In this document: positions 46,150-55,399 of the stretch, piece after piece | How positions within the stretch are numbered: position 1 is the stretch's first letter | Layout: each line of letters starts with the position of its first letter | Notes under the pieces: model-generated | Told to the model about the DNA's origin: nothing | Databases searched by the model: none | The model's input: only the letters and a program-made list of their open reading frames with translations | NCBI GenBank assembly: GCA_963781525.1 | Contig: CAWAGD010000003.1 | Span: 14,296-78,295, forward strand | Length of the DNA stretch: 64,000 nucleotides | Direction of reading: 5' to 3' | Origin: an uncultured Alphaproteobacteria bacterium | Lineage (GTDB): Bacteria > Pseudomonadota > Alphaproteobacteria > Sphingomonadales > Sphingomonadaceae | Made by a program: the position numbers and the translations under genes

Positions 46150-46772
46150 GCAAGCCGTTCATCCTCGGGCTGACCGGTTCGATCGGCATGGGCAAGTCGA
46201 CCGTCGCGGCGATGTTCGAGGCGGCCGGGGTGCCGGTGTTCGATGCTGATGCGGTGGTCCGCCGGTTGCAAGGTCCTGGCGGCGCGCTGGTGCCCGCGAT
46301 CGAGGCCGCTTTCCCCGGGTCGACCGGGCCCGAAGGCGTGCTGCGCGAGCATCTCGGCGCGCAGGTGTTTGCCGATCGTGAAGCGCTCGCGCGGCTCGAG
46401 GCTATCGTCCACCCCGCTGTCGCTGCCGAGCGTCATGGCTTCATGGATAGACATGCCGGCGAGCGCCTGGTGGTGTTCGACATCCCGCTCTTGTTCGAAA
46501 AAGGCGGCTGGGAAGGTGTCGACGCGGTCGCGGTGGTGTCGGCCCCGGCCGAGGTCCAGCGCGCCCGGGTCCTCGCGCGACCGGGCATGACCGCCGAAAA
46601 GTTCGCGCACATCCTCTCGCTGCAGGTGCCCGACGCGGAAAAGCGCGCCCGCGCCGCGTATGTGATCGACACCGGCGCCTCGCTGCGCGAGACCGAAGCG
46701 ATGGTGTCGAAGCTGATTGCCGGGTTGAGCGAGCGCCGACCCCCTTGCCAGCCCACCCCCAGCGGCCGATAG
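46146..46772 (+). CDS. coaE: dephospho-CoA kinase
   Basis: 208 aa with the P-loop GLTGSIGMGKST, plus VVFDIPLLFEKG. An ATGA overlap joins it to aroE. Confidence 0.9.
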   Translation: MSKPFILGLTGSIGMGKSTVAAMFEAAGVPVFDADAVVRRLQGPGGALVPAIEAAFPGSTGPEGVLREHLGAQVFADREALARLEAIVHPAVAAERHGFMDRHAGERLVVFDIPLLFEKGGWEGVDAVAVVSAPAEVQRARVLARPGMTAEKFAHILSLQVPDAEKRARAAYVIDTGASLRETEAMVSKLIAGLSERRPPCQPTPSGR

Positions 46773-46782
46773 ACGAACTCCC

Positions 46783-47469
46783 ATGCGCGAGATTGTGTTC
46801 GATACGGAAACCACCGGGCTCGATCCCAGGACGGGCGACCGGATGGTCGAGATCGGCTGCATCGAGCTGGTCAACCGCGTGCCCACCGGGGCCACCTTCC
46901 ACGCCTATTTCAACCCCGATCGCGACATGCCCGAACAAGCCGAGGCGGTGCACGGGCTGTCGGCGGTGTTCCTGTCGGACAAGCCGCGTTTTCGTGACAA
47001 GTGCGAGGAGTTGCTCGCCTTTATCGCAGACACCCCGCTGATCGCGCATAACGCGGGGTTCGATTTCGCATTCCTTAATCACGAACTGAGCCTGTGCGAA
47101 CTCGAGGCGGTGTGCATGAGCCGGATGGTCGATACGGTAGCCATCGCCAAGCGCCGCCACCCGGGGGCCAAGCTGTCGCTCGATGCCTTGTGCACCCGGT
47201 ACGGCATCGATCGCAGCCACCGGGTCAAGCACGGCGCCCTGCTCGATGCCGAGTTGCTCGCACAAGTTTATGTCGAATTGACCGGCGGGCGCCAGATCGG
47301 GCTCGAATTGGCCGGCGCAGGCAGCGACACGACTGTTATCACCATTGGCGGCGGACCGATCCGCGAAAGAATGTTCCGCGCACCCCGCCCGCATGCGCCG
47401 TCAGCCGAAGAACTTGCGCGACATGCCGCTTTCATCGGTCGGATCGAGGGAGCGATCTGGGCTGCCTGA
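46783..47469 (+). CDS. dnaQ: DNA polymerase III subunit epsilon
   Basis: 228 aa with ExoI IVFDTETTGLD, ExoII IAHNAGFDFAFL and ExoIII HGALLDAELLAQVY. Confidence 0.95.
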   Translation: MREIVFDTETTGLDPRTGDRMVEIGCIELVNRVPTGATFHAYFNPDRDMPEQAEAVHGLSAVFLSDKPRFRDKCEELLAFIADTPLIAHNAGFDFAFLNHELSLCELEAVCMSRMVDTVAIAKRRHPGAKLSLDALCTRYGIDRSHRVKHGALLDAELLAQVYVELTGGRQIGLELAGAGSDTTVITIGGGPIRERMFRAPRPHAPSAEELARHAAFIGRIEGAIWAA

Positions 47470-47518
47470 CGTTTCAACAACGGGATGGGTCGATTCAACA
47501 GCAGGAGTTAAACCGACG

Positions 47519-48088
47519 ATGGATATTCGCGTTTCGGGTCACCAGATCGAAACCGGTGCTGCGCTGCAGAACCATGTGAACGACCGCCTCTCCGCAATCG
47601 TCGAAAAGTATTTCAACCGAGCGCTGTCCAGCCACGTCACCTTCGGCAAAGCGCCTGCCGGCGCGTTCAGCTGCGACATCGTCACCCATGTGATGCATGG
47701 CCTGATCCTCAAGGCGCACGGGGTGGCGCAGGACGCGCACCAGGCGCTCGACCAGGCGGCCGAGAAGATCGACAAGCAGTTGCGGCGTTACAAGCGTCGC
47801 CTGCACGACCGGCACGAACAGACCGCGTTCGCCGCCGATCAGGAAGAAGCGGCGTACACGATCTTCCAGGCGCCCGATGCGGATTCCGAAGAGATCGAAG
47901 TAGCCGATTCGCCGATCATCGTCGCTGAAACGACCGCCGATATTCCCGAAGCGAGCGTCGCCGATGCGGTGATGATGCTCGACCTGCGCGACACCAACGC
48001 AATGCTGTTCAAAAACGCTGGAACGGGCCGTCACAATATGGTCTATCGCCGCCGCGACGGTTCGGTTGGCTGGGTGGAGCCGCGCTGA
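47519..48088 (+). CDS. hpf: ribosome hibernation promoting factor HPF (long form)
   Basis: 189 aa starting MDIRVSGHQIETGAALQNHVNDRL. It also has KQLRRYKRRL and the C-terminal dimerisation part MMLDLRDTNAMLFKNAGTGRHNMVYRRRDGSVGWVEP. Confidence 0.9.
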   Translation: MDIRVSGHQIETGAALQNHVNDRLSAIVEKYFNRALSSHVTFGKAPAGAFSCDIVTHVMHGLILKAHGVAQDAHQALDQAAEKIDKQLRRYKRRLHDRHEQTAFAADQEEAAYTIFQAPDADSEEIEVADSPIIVAETTADIPEASVADAVMMLDLRDTNAMLFKNAGTGRHNMVYRRRDGSVGWVEPR

Positions 48089-48200
48089 TATCCCCGCGTC
48101 CTGATGTAAACGCACCCAGGCGCGCTCGAAGCATTGACGTACTCGTCGCTCGCCGTTGCCATTCGGCCGGTCGAATCCTTGATCTGAAGACCAACCGCGC

Positions 48201-48662
48201 ATGAACGCCATCTTCAAGCTCCTGCCCGAAGCCGTGTGGGTGGCCGCGCCCGCGGACAAACCGGCGATCCTCGACGCGATGGCGACGCGCTTTGCTAGCG
48301 TATACGCGCTCGACAGGGAGGTCGTCCTCGAAGGCCTCCAGGAACGCGAGGCGCTTGGCAGCACCGGTTTCGGGCGGGGTGTCGCGCTGCCCCACGCGCG
48401 GGTCGAGGGGTTGGCGCGCCCGATCGCTGCGCTGATGAAGCTCACCGCGCCGATCGACTTTGCCGCGGCGGATGGCTTGCCGGTCGACATCGTGATTGGG
48501 CTTTTGTCGCCGACGAACGCTGGCGCTACGCACCTCCACGCGCTGGCGGCACTATCGCGCATGGTTCGCGACGAAGACATGCACCGCGCGCTGGGCGAGG
48601 CGTCCGACACGGAAACGCTTTACGCGCTATTGACCAACGCTTCGGATCGTGACGCCGCCTGA
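48201..48662 (+). CDS. ptsN: PTS IIA-like nitrogen regulatory protein PtsN
   Basis: 153 aa with REALGSTGFGRGVALPHARVEG, which contains the phosphorylatable His. Confidence 0.9.
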   Translation: MNAIFKLLPEAVWVAAPADKPAILDAMATRFASVYALDREVVLEGLQEREALGSTGFGRGVALPHARVEGLARPIAALMKLTAPIDFAAADGLPVDIVIGLLSPTNAGATHLHALAALSRMVRDEDMHRALGEASDTETLYALLTNASDRDAA

Positions 48663-49125
48663 CGTGCCGCGCGAGCCGTTGACCGGCGCCGCGCTCCATT
48701 ACCGCGCGCTCGAACGGCTTTATCGCGTTGCGCCGGTCAATCTGCTGTTTCCCTCGCGGCTCGAGATAACCGGCGAAGGGCGCTCGCGGCTGGTCTTCAC
48801 AGTCGAGCCGGCAGTGTTTCACGCGGCCGGCGCGGCGCACGGGACCATCTACTTCAAAATGCTCGACGATGCCGCGTTCTACGCCGCGAATACGCTGGTC
48901 ACCGACCGCTTCCTGCTGACGACGTCGTTCAACCTGCATTTTACCAAGCCGGTGCGCGCTGGCGAGGTGGTCGCGGAAGGGCGCTGGATCAGTGGCCGCA
49001 AGCGAGTGCTGGTCAGCGAATCGCGGCTCATCGATGCCGAGGGCGACGAGATCGGCCGCGGAACCGGCACTTTCATGCGCTCGCGGATCGCTCTGTCGAG
49101 CCTGCCCGGCTACGCTGACTGCTAG
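48649..49125 (+). CDS. PaaI family thioesterase (hotdog fold)
   Basis: 158 aa with HGTIYFKMLDDAAFYAANT and GEVVAEGRWISGRKRVLVSESRLIDAEGDEIGRGTGTFM. It has a GTG start. Confidence 0.8.
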   Translation: MTPPDVPREPLTGAALHYRALERLYRVAPVNLLFPSRLEITGEGRSRLVFTVEPAVFHAAGAAHGTIYFKMLDDAAFYAANTLVTDRFLLTTSFNLHFTKPVRAGEVVAEGRWISGRKRVLVSESRLIDAEGDEIGRGTGTFMRSRIALSSLPGYADC

Positions 49126-49127
49126 CG

Positions 49128-49463
49128 ATGGATGCACGCCTGCCCGCGCACCTCGAGGCGGACGCGATCCGGCGACTGGCCGAATCGTTCGGCGGATTCG
49201 CAACGGTGCTGGCGAAGGGCGAACGCGACGCCGGCACGATTGCCTTGGTAATCTTGTGTCGTGGTGAAGGGGCGGCGCTTTACGAACGGATGCCGCAACT
49301 CGACGGGAACCGTTTATTCAGTCGTACCCGCGAACAAGACCCTGAAAAACCACATGAATTTATGGCGATTCTTGAAACTAGGCGCATGCGTGACCCCGAT
49401 TTATGGTTAATCGAGGCGGACGTCCCGGATTCCGAACGTTTCGTCGCAGCATTGCCGCGATAA
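49128..49463 (+). CDS. DUF1491 family protein
   Basis: 111 aa with LPAHLEADAIRRLAESFGGFATVLAKGERDAGTIALV .. DPDLWLIEADVPDSERFV. Confidence 0.7.
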   Translation: MDARLPAHLEADAIRRLAESFGGFATVLAKGERDAGTIALVILCRGEGAALYERMPQLDGNRLFSRTREQDPEKPHEFMAILETRRMRDPDLWLIEADVPDSERFVAALPR

Positions 49464-49662
49464 TTTGACTTCGCAGGTGCAGCAATTACCTGACCGCTCA
49501 CCTTAACGGACGCAGGCGGCTTGGACGACATGGGGTCGGACAGTCAGCGCGCAGACGGGGGGCAGCCGGCAGGCTGAATAATCGGACTTAGGTTCAGCGC
49601 CAATAACGCGCGGAAGTCCCAGCCTGCGACAGTGCGCGCCCACCGCCTTGATCGACACATCA

Positions 49663-50319
49663 ATGACGTTTCACCGTGCCACGCTCGCGGCATTTGCCGC
49701 GACTGCCTTTCTTACGTTCTTTGCCGCCGAAGGTTCGGGCGCAAACGCTGAAGTCAGCGAGAACCAGCCGGTCGTTGCCACGACCCTGACCGATGAGACA
49801 GTGCCGCAGGTTACAACCGAGGCACCCCCGGTCCACTTCGTTTCCGAAACCGTGGTCCAGCCTATCGCAACCCCGGACGAATCCGATGTCGCGGCCAAGG
49901 CCGGCTCGCTCAAGCAACTGGTCGCCAGCATGGACAGCGACGCATCGCTGTCGCGAGAAATGGAATGCCTTGCGGGCGCGATCTATTTCGAATCGCGCGG
50001 AGAGCCGCTCTCGGGCCAGCTCGCGGTTGGCCAAGTGATCATCAACCGTTCCGAATCGGGCGTCTTCCCGTCAGACTACTGCGGTGTCGTCTTCCAGCGG
50101 TCGCAATTCTCATTCGTCCGAGGTGGCACCATGCCGCGGATCGATCGCGGTTCGGCCGCATGGCATCGTGCCAGCGCCATAGCCCGTATCGCCCACGAAG
50201 GATTGTGGGATAGCCAGGCCGGCGACGCGCTTTATTTCCACGCCCGCTACGTGCATCCGAGCTGGAGCCGGACCAAAATCGCGCTGGCGACGATCGATAG
50301 CCACGTCTTCTACCGCTGA
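49663..50319 (+). CDS. cell wall hydrolase (SleB/Hydrolase_2 family), secreted
   Basis: It has signal peptide MTFHRATLAAFAATAFLTFFAAEGSGANA. Further in are ECLAGAIYFESRGEPLSGQLAVGQVIINR and YCGVVFQRSQFSF. The ATG at 49663 is preferred over the TTG at 49648. Confidence 0.85.
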   Translation: MTFHRATLAAFAATAFLTFFAAEGSGANAEVSENQPVVATTLTDETVPQVTTEAPPVHFVSETVVQPIATPDESDVAAKAGSLKQLVASMDSDASLSREMECLAGAIYFESRGEPLSGQLAVGQVIINRSESGVFPSDYCGVVFQRSQFSFVRGGTMPRIDRGSAAWHRASAIARIAHEGLWDSQAGDALYFHARYVHPSWSRTKIALATIDSHVFYR

Positions 50320-51099
50320 TTAGGTCGCGTCCGCGATTTCGACCCACACGGGAACGTGGTCGCTGGGCTTTTCGCGCGCGCGATATTCCTTGTCCACCCC
50401 GGCGGCGATCATCCGGTCGGCGAGCTCGGGCGAGAGCAACATGTGATCGATGCGAAAGCCGTGGTCGCGCTGCCATGCGCCCGCCTGGAAATCCCAGAAC
50501 GTCCACACCCCGCCGCGGGGATTGAGCGTATCGAGCGCATCGGTCCACCCGTCGCCGAGCAGACGGGCGTAGGCATCGCGCGATTCGGGCTGCATCAGCG
50601 CGTCGGACGCCATGGCGAGCGGGGACCACACGTCCTTGTCCTGCGGGACGACATTGAAATCGCCGACCACCGCGACGGGCATTTCGAGGGCGGATAGCTC
50701 GCGCATGCGCGCGCGCAGCCGCTCCATCCATGCCAGCTTGTAGTCGAACTTGGGGCCCGGGACAGGGTTGCCGTTGGGCAGGTAGATGCAGGCGATCCGC
50801 ACGCCATTTACGTCCGCTTCGATATAGCGCGCGTGCTCGTCGGTCGGATCGCCGGGCAGCGTGCGCTGCGCCTCGGCCGGCTTCACTCCATCGGCGAGGA
50901 TGGCGACGCCGTTGAAGCCCTTTTGCCCGTGCCAGATCGACTGGTAGCCGATCTTCTCGAATTCCTCATACGGGAAACCGTCGTCCTGGCTTTTGACTTC
51001 CTGCAGGCAGGCGACCGTCGGCCGCCGCTCTTCGAGCCATTCAAGCAAGCGCGGGAGCCGCGCTTTCACGCCGTTGATGTTGAAGGACGCGATCCGCAT
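50320..51099 (-). CDS. xthA: exodeoxyribonuclease III
   Basis: 259 aa starting MRIASFNINGVKARL, with CLQEVK, VVGDFNV and RIDHMLLS. Confidence 0.95.
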   Translation of the reverse strand: MRIASFNINGVKARLPRLLEWLEERRPTVACLQEVKSQDDGFPYEEFEKIGYQSIWHGQKGFNGVAILADGVKPAEAQRTLPGDPTDEHARYIEADVNGVRIACIYLPNGNPVPGPKFDYKLAWMERLRARMRELSALEMPVAVVGDFNVVPQDKDVWSPLAMASDALMQPESRDAYARLLGDGWTDALDTLNPRGGVWTFWDFQAGAWQRDHGFRIDHMLLSPELADRMIAAGVDKEYRAREKPSDHVPVWVEIADAT

Positions 51100-51109
51100 C
51101 CAACGAGCT

Positions 51110-51439
51110 TTAGATACCGAAGCTTGAACCGCAACCGCAACCGGCCGCGGCTTGCGGATTTTCGACCTTGAACGCCGCCCCGCCGAGCGATTCGACGAAA
51201 TCGACCGTACTGCCGGCTATCAGATCGAGACTGATCGGATCGACCACCAGCCGCACGCCATCGACTTCGCTCACTGCGTCGTCGCTCTCGGTCGCATCGG
51301 CGAGATCGAACTTGTACTGGAAGCCCGAACAACCCCCGCCTTCGACCGCGAGGCGCAGAATAGCGGGCTTGCCCTGCCGTGCGGCGATCGCCGCGACACG
51401 CTTGGCCGCGCTCGGAGTAAGGGTGAGGGCTTGGGTCAT
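51110..51439 (-). CDS. erpA: iron-sulfur cluster insertion protein ErpA (HesB/IscA family)
   Basis: 109 aa with LRLAVEGGGCSGFQYKF and the C-terminal CGCGSSFGI. The ATG at 51439 was chosen; the track extends to 51568. Confidence 0.9.
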   Translation of the reverse strand: MTQALTLTPSAAKRVAAIAARQGKPAILRLAVEGGGCSGFQYKFDLADATESDDAVSEVDGVRLVVDPISLDLIAGSTVDFVESLGGAAFKVENPQAAAGCGCGSSFGI

Positions 51440-51471
51440 AGCAAGCGATATGGGGGTTGGCGGCCGTTCGC

Positions 51472-51915
51472 TCAAGCGGTCTGGATATAAGTCCGCATCG
51501 CTTCGGCTTCGGACGCGATGGCATCGATCTGCGCCTTTACCAGATCGCCGATCGACACGAACCCGCACATGACCGGCCCCTGCGCATCGTCCCGCACCAC
51601 CGGCAGGTGGCGGATGCGGCGCCGGGTCATCAGCTCGAGCGCATCTTCGACTCGCGTGTTCGGTCCGACGGTGATCGGGGGCGCGGTCATCACATCGCCG
51701 ACCGGCTTGGCGAGGCTCGCCTCGCCCTCGACCTCGAGGCAGTAGATCACATCCCTTTCGGAAAACACGCCCGCGATGCGGCCCTCACGCATGACCGGCA
51801 GTGCGCCGATCCGGCGGGTGGCGAGGATCGACAGCGCCTCGCGCATCGGCATATCGACGCCGCACACGATAATTTCGGAGCTGGCGCGGCGGGCCAGCAA
51901 ATGGGCGATGTCCAC
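51472..51915 (-). CDS. CBS domain-containing protein
   Basis: It has two CBS repeats (LATRRIGALPVMREGRIAGVFSERDV and LMTRRRIRHLPVV). I chose the GTG start at 51915, which has an AAGGGAGAG RBS. The track extends to 52068. Confidence 0.75.
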   Translation of the reverse strand: MDIAHLLARRASSEIIVCGVDMPMREALSILATRRIGALPVMREGRIAGVFSERDVIYCLEVEGEASLAKPVGDVMTAPPITVGPNTRVEDALELMTRRRIRHLPVVRDDAQGPVMCGFVSIGDLVKAQIDAIASEAEAMRTYIQTA

Positions 51916-52025
51916 GGGACTCTCCCTTTCTCTCAGCTTCGGCGCGCAGAATGCCACGGTTGCGAACAAAACGCCAGCACCCGACCATTGCCTCCCCGCC
52001 GCCACGCTCCCATGTAGGTTTTTCC

Positions 52026-52322
52026 ATGGCCAAACCGTCACCCCTCGAAGATCCCGACAGCGCCGCATTCGCCTGGGCGCGCTTCAGGAAGATCATGCGG
52101 CTGATGTCGGCGATCACCCTGGCGGTGGTAATCGCCTCACTCGCCTATCTGTGGGCGACCGTGGGCGACGTTCCGATCCATTTCTACATCGCCACCGCGC
52201 TCGGTATCGGAGCATCGATGATGTTGATGAGCGCGCTGATGGGCCTCGTGTTCATGTCCAACGGCACCGGGCACGACGATTCGGTTGCGGACGCTCGCGA
52301 CGCGCGGGACGACCGGAACTAG
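52026..52322 (+). CDS. hypothetical small membrane protein
   Basis: 98 aa with two predicted TM helices ([20 protein letters not shown] and [22 protein letters not shown]). No family recognised. Confidence 0.5.
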   Translation: MAKPSPLEDPDSAAFAWARFRKIMRLMSAITLAVVIASLAYLWATVGDVPIHFYIATALGIGASMMLMSALMGLVFMSNGTGHDDSVADARDARDDRN

Positions 52323-52705
52323 GCCGGATCGCCGAAACCTGCCGGCGCTTCGGTAAGCCGCAGTTCCTCGACCGGCTGCCCGCCGATCAGGTGTTGCTGG
52401 ATGATTTTCTCGAGCGCGACCTCATCGCACGAATGATACCACACGCGATCCGGCCAGACGACCGCGATCGGGCCCGCTTCGCAGACCTGCAGGCAATTGG
52501 CCTTGGTCCGCTGGACGACTTTGCCGACGAGGCCGAGCTCCTTGAGCCGGCGCTTGAGATAGTTCCACGATCGCTCGCCCTTCGCGCGCGAGCAACACGC
52601 CTGCTTGTCCGACATGGCGCACAGGAAAATGTGTCGTGCGACATGCTCGCCGCCGATCTTGGCCAGCGCGGCGCGCGCCTTGGCTAGATCGGCGGTGGAG
52701 CTCAC
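52319..52705 (-). CDS. (2Fe-2S) ferredoxin domain-containing protein (thioredoxin-like)
   Basis: 128 aa with [15 protein letters not shown] and [22 protein letters not shown]. Confidence 0.7.
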   Translation of the reverse strand: MSSTADLAKARAALAKIGGEHVARHIFLCAMSDKQACCSRAKGERSWNYLKRRLKELGLVGKVVQRTKANCLQVCEAGPIAVVWPDRVWYHSCDEVALEKIIQQHLIGGQPVEELRLTEAPAGFGDPA

Positions 52706-54843
52706 TTAGTGGAGGTCTGGGCGGGCTTGAGCCAGCGCGCGAGCCAGTCGAACACCGTTGCGTGCCACTGGAGCGAGTTCTTGCCCTTCAGCACCCAATG
52801 GTTCTCGTCCGGGAATACCAGTAGCTGGGCTGGCACTTGCTTCATCTGAAGCGCGGTGAATGCCGCGAGGCCTTGCGTGTAGGGAATACGGAAGTCGTTT
52901 TCGCTGGTGATCACCAGCATCGGGGTCTTCCACTGGTCGACATAGTTGACCGGGTTCCACTTTTCGTAAGCGGCGGGATCTTCGAAGTAGGTCTTGCCGC
53001 CGTGCTCCCAGGTATCGAACCAAAGCTCCTCGGTTTCATAGGCCATCGCCCGGGCGTCGAATACGCCGTCGTGCTGGACCAGGCACTTGAACTTGTCGCG
53101 CCACCGGCCTTCGATCCAGTTCATCATGTAGCCGCCGTAGCTGGCGCCCATCGCGCAGGCGTTGTCACCGTCGATCTGGCGATCGAGTGCGACAGCGGCG
53201 GCGAACCCCTTCTGCAGGTCCTCGAGCGGCTTGCCGCCCCAGTCGTTGGTGATGCTGTCGGTGAATGCCTGCCCGTAACCGGTCGAGCCGTGAAAATCGA
53301 CCGACACCACCGCGTAGCCCTGGCTTGCGACCACGCGCGGATTCCACCGGTTGGACCACGAATCGTCGAAGCTGCCCTGCGGTCCGCCGTGCACATAGAG
53401 GATCGCCGGCATCGGGCCTTTCCTGCCGTCGAGCTTGGTGATCTGGCCCCACACCGTGTCGCCGTTGGCGCCGGGGAAGCTGAATCGGCGAGTCACGATC
53501 GGTGCGCGACTGCCCATGATCGAGGTCGCCGCATCGGTCAGCGGGATGGCTTGGGCCCAGTTGCGCGCGAGGTAGAGTTCGTTGGGCATGCCGATCGAGT
53601 TGCGGGTGAACACCAGCCCGCCGTCGGCCAGCGGCACGACATCGCCGATGTGCGCTTCGTTGCCCGCCATCAGATCGAGCTTGTCGACTTTGCCGGTCGC
53701 CGGATCGATCCGGAACACCGGATTATCGAGCACATCGCCGGCGGTCGCGACGATCCATCTGGAATCGGGCGTCCAGGCGAGCGATCCGACCGAGCGGTCC
53801 CAGTCGGTAGTCAGCGCACGGACCTTGCCGGTGGCGAGATCGCGTAGCATGACCGTGAGCTTGTCGGCCTCGTAACCGGGGCGCGCCATCGCCGCATAAG
53901 CCAGCCACTTGCCGTCGGGCGAAGGCGCTGGCAGCGTATCGGTCGCTTCGTTGGCCTTGGTCAGGTTGATCGGTGCGCGGCCCGAAAGGTCGTTGAACCA
54001 CAAGTCTATGTTGGTCGAGCGCGGCTCTTCGGCGTCCGATTTGCGCGCTGCGAAAAAGAGGCCGTGGCCGTCCGCTGCCCACGCAACCTCCTCGCCGCCG
54101 CCGAACGGCTTGGTAGGCGTGTCGCCGACCAATGCATTTTTGCCCGCAGGCCCATCGAGCGGAATGCCGTTGCCGGTCGCTTTGCCCGCGGTAAGCGGGA
54201 ACGCGAACACCCGGCCAAAGACGCCCGGCGTCTCCCACTGGTCCCAGTGGCGCACGAACCCGGCGTCGGCATCGTACAGCCGGCCGCTGCCCGGCCCGGG
54301 AAGGTTGGACGAACCGTCCGGATCGCAACCGAAGCTGGCGCACTTGCGTCCGATATCGCCCCACACCGCGATGCGGGTCGCATCGGGCGACAGCGCGAAG
54401 CCGCCCACTGCCGCCTTGAACGCGGTGACCTGCCCGATGTCGCTCGTCGCGCCACCGGCGCTGACCCGCGCGCGCCAGACCTGGTCAGTGCCGGCTTCTG
54501 CACGGTCGGACAGGAAATAGAGCCAGCCGTCGTCCCCGAACGCCGGGCTGCCGGCGGTCCCCCCGAGGTTCAGCCGGCTCGGCACCGCGCGCGCGTCGTT
54601 CAGGCCGCGCACGAACAGCGTGGTGGTTCGTTTATAGGTTACCGGATCTGTCTCGGTCAGCGGAAAGACCGCCAGCGCGCCGTCGGGGCTGACCGCGGCG
54701 CCGGCCAGGCGCGGCAGGGTGACGAGGTCCTGCGCGCTGAAGGGCGCGCGAGCATCCGCCCTGGCGGGCTTGGTCTTGCCGGCGGCGGGGGTGGCGATCG
54801 CGCACAGCGCGGTAAGAGCTGCGAGCCCGATGTTCTTTTTCAT
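52702..54843 (-). CDS. S9 family peptidase (prolyl oligopeptidase/dipeptidyl aminopeptidase-like), secreted
   Basis: 713 aa with a signal peptide and an N-terminal beta-propeller region. The catalytic Ser motif is GASYGGYM. The C-terminal part has ENDFRIPY and FPDENHW. Confidence 0.9.
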   Translation of the reverse strand: MKKNIGLAALTALCAIATPAAGKTKPARADARAPFSAQDLVTLPRLAGAAVSPDGALAVFPLTETDPVTYKRTTTLFVRGLNDARAVPSRLNLGGTAGSPAFGDDGWLYFLSDRAEAGTDQVWRARVSAGGATSDIGQVTAFKAAVGGFALSPDATRIAVWGDIGRKCASFGCDPDGSSNLPGPGSGRLYDADAGFVRHWDQWETPGVFGRVFAFPLTAGKATGNGIPLDGPAGKNALVGDTPTKPFGGGEEVAWAADGHGLFFAARKSDAEEPRSTNIDLWFNDLSGRAPINLTKANEATDTLPAPSPDGKWLAYAAMARPGYEADKLTVMLRDLATGKVRALTTDWDRSVGSLAWTPDSRWIVATAGDVLDNPVFRIDPATGKVDKLDLMAGNEAHIGDVVPLADGGLVFTRNSIGMPNELYLARNWAQAIPLTDAATSIMGSRAPIVTRRFSFPGANGDTVWGQITKLDGRKGPMPAILYVHGGPQGSFDDSWSNRWNPRVVASQGYAVVSVDFHGSTGYGQAFTDSITNDWGGKPLEDLQKGFAAAVALDRQIDGDNACAMGASYGGYMMNWIEGRWRDKFKCLVQHDGVFDARAMAYETEELWFDTWEHGGKTYFEDPAAYEKWNPVNYVDQWKTPMLVITSENDFRIPYTQGLAAFTALQMKQVPAQLLVFPDENHWVLKGKNSLQWHATVFDWLARWLKPAQTSTK

Positions 54844-54885
54844 GCGCGTGGGACTAGCCCGCGCGCAAGGCAGAAGAAAGCGCCT

Positions 54886-55386
54886 TTAGCCGCGCTTGCC
54901 GGCGATGCGCGCGATCTCGTCCTTGACCAGCCGCTCGACCATCTCGGGCAGGTTGCGGTCGAGCCAATCGGCGAGCACCGGGCGCAATAGCTCGCGGGTC
55001 AGTCCTTCGAGCGAAGTTTCCCCCGAACGCACGATCTGTGGCGGCACACCGGGCTCGGCCAGCATCGCCAGCGCGGCAAGATTCTCGCGCATCGAATCGC
55101 GCGCAGCTTCGGTCACCAGCGGCGGCTCGATCGCATCGTCGTGGTCCGCGCTGTAGTCCTCGGGCGCCTGCTGGACGAAATCGCCCTCTGCCAGATCGAG
55201 CACTTCGTCGGCTTCTTCGTCGTCCGCCGGCTCGGGAGCCGATTCAGAGACAGTATCGGCAAGACCCTCGTTTTCACGACGACGACGGGTGTCGAAAGCC
55301 GTCGCGCGGTTGTCGCGGGCGATCACTTTCTTGATCAATTCGAGGATTTCCTCGACCGAAGCTTCGCCGTCCTGGCGCATGTTCAT
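54886..55386 (-). CDS. DUF2497 domain-containing protein (PopZ-like architecture)
   Basis: 166 aa with N-terminal EASVEEILELIKKVIARD. An acidic Pro-rich linker follows (ESAPEPADDEEADEVLDL..EDYSADHDD). The C-terminal part is LEGLTRELLRPVLADWLDRNLPEMVERLVKDEIARI. Confidence 0.75.
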   Translation of the reverse strand: MNMRQDGEASVEEILELIKKVIARDNRATAFDTRRRRENEGLADTVSESAPEPADDEEADEVLDLAEGDFVQQAPEDYSADHDDAIEPPLVTEAARDSMRENLAALAMLAEPGVPPQIVRSGETSLEGLTRELLRPVLADWLDRNLPEMVERLVKDEIARIAGKRG

Positions 55387-55399
55387 ATTGGCCCCCGCC

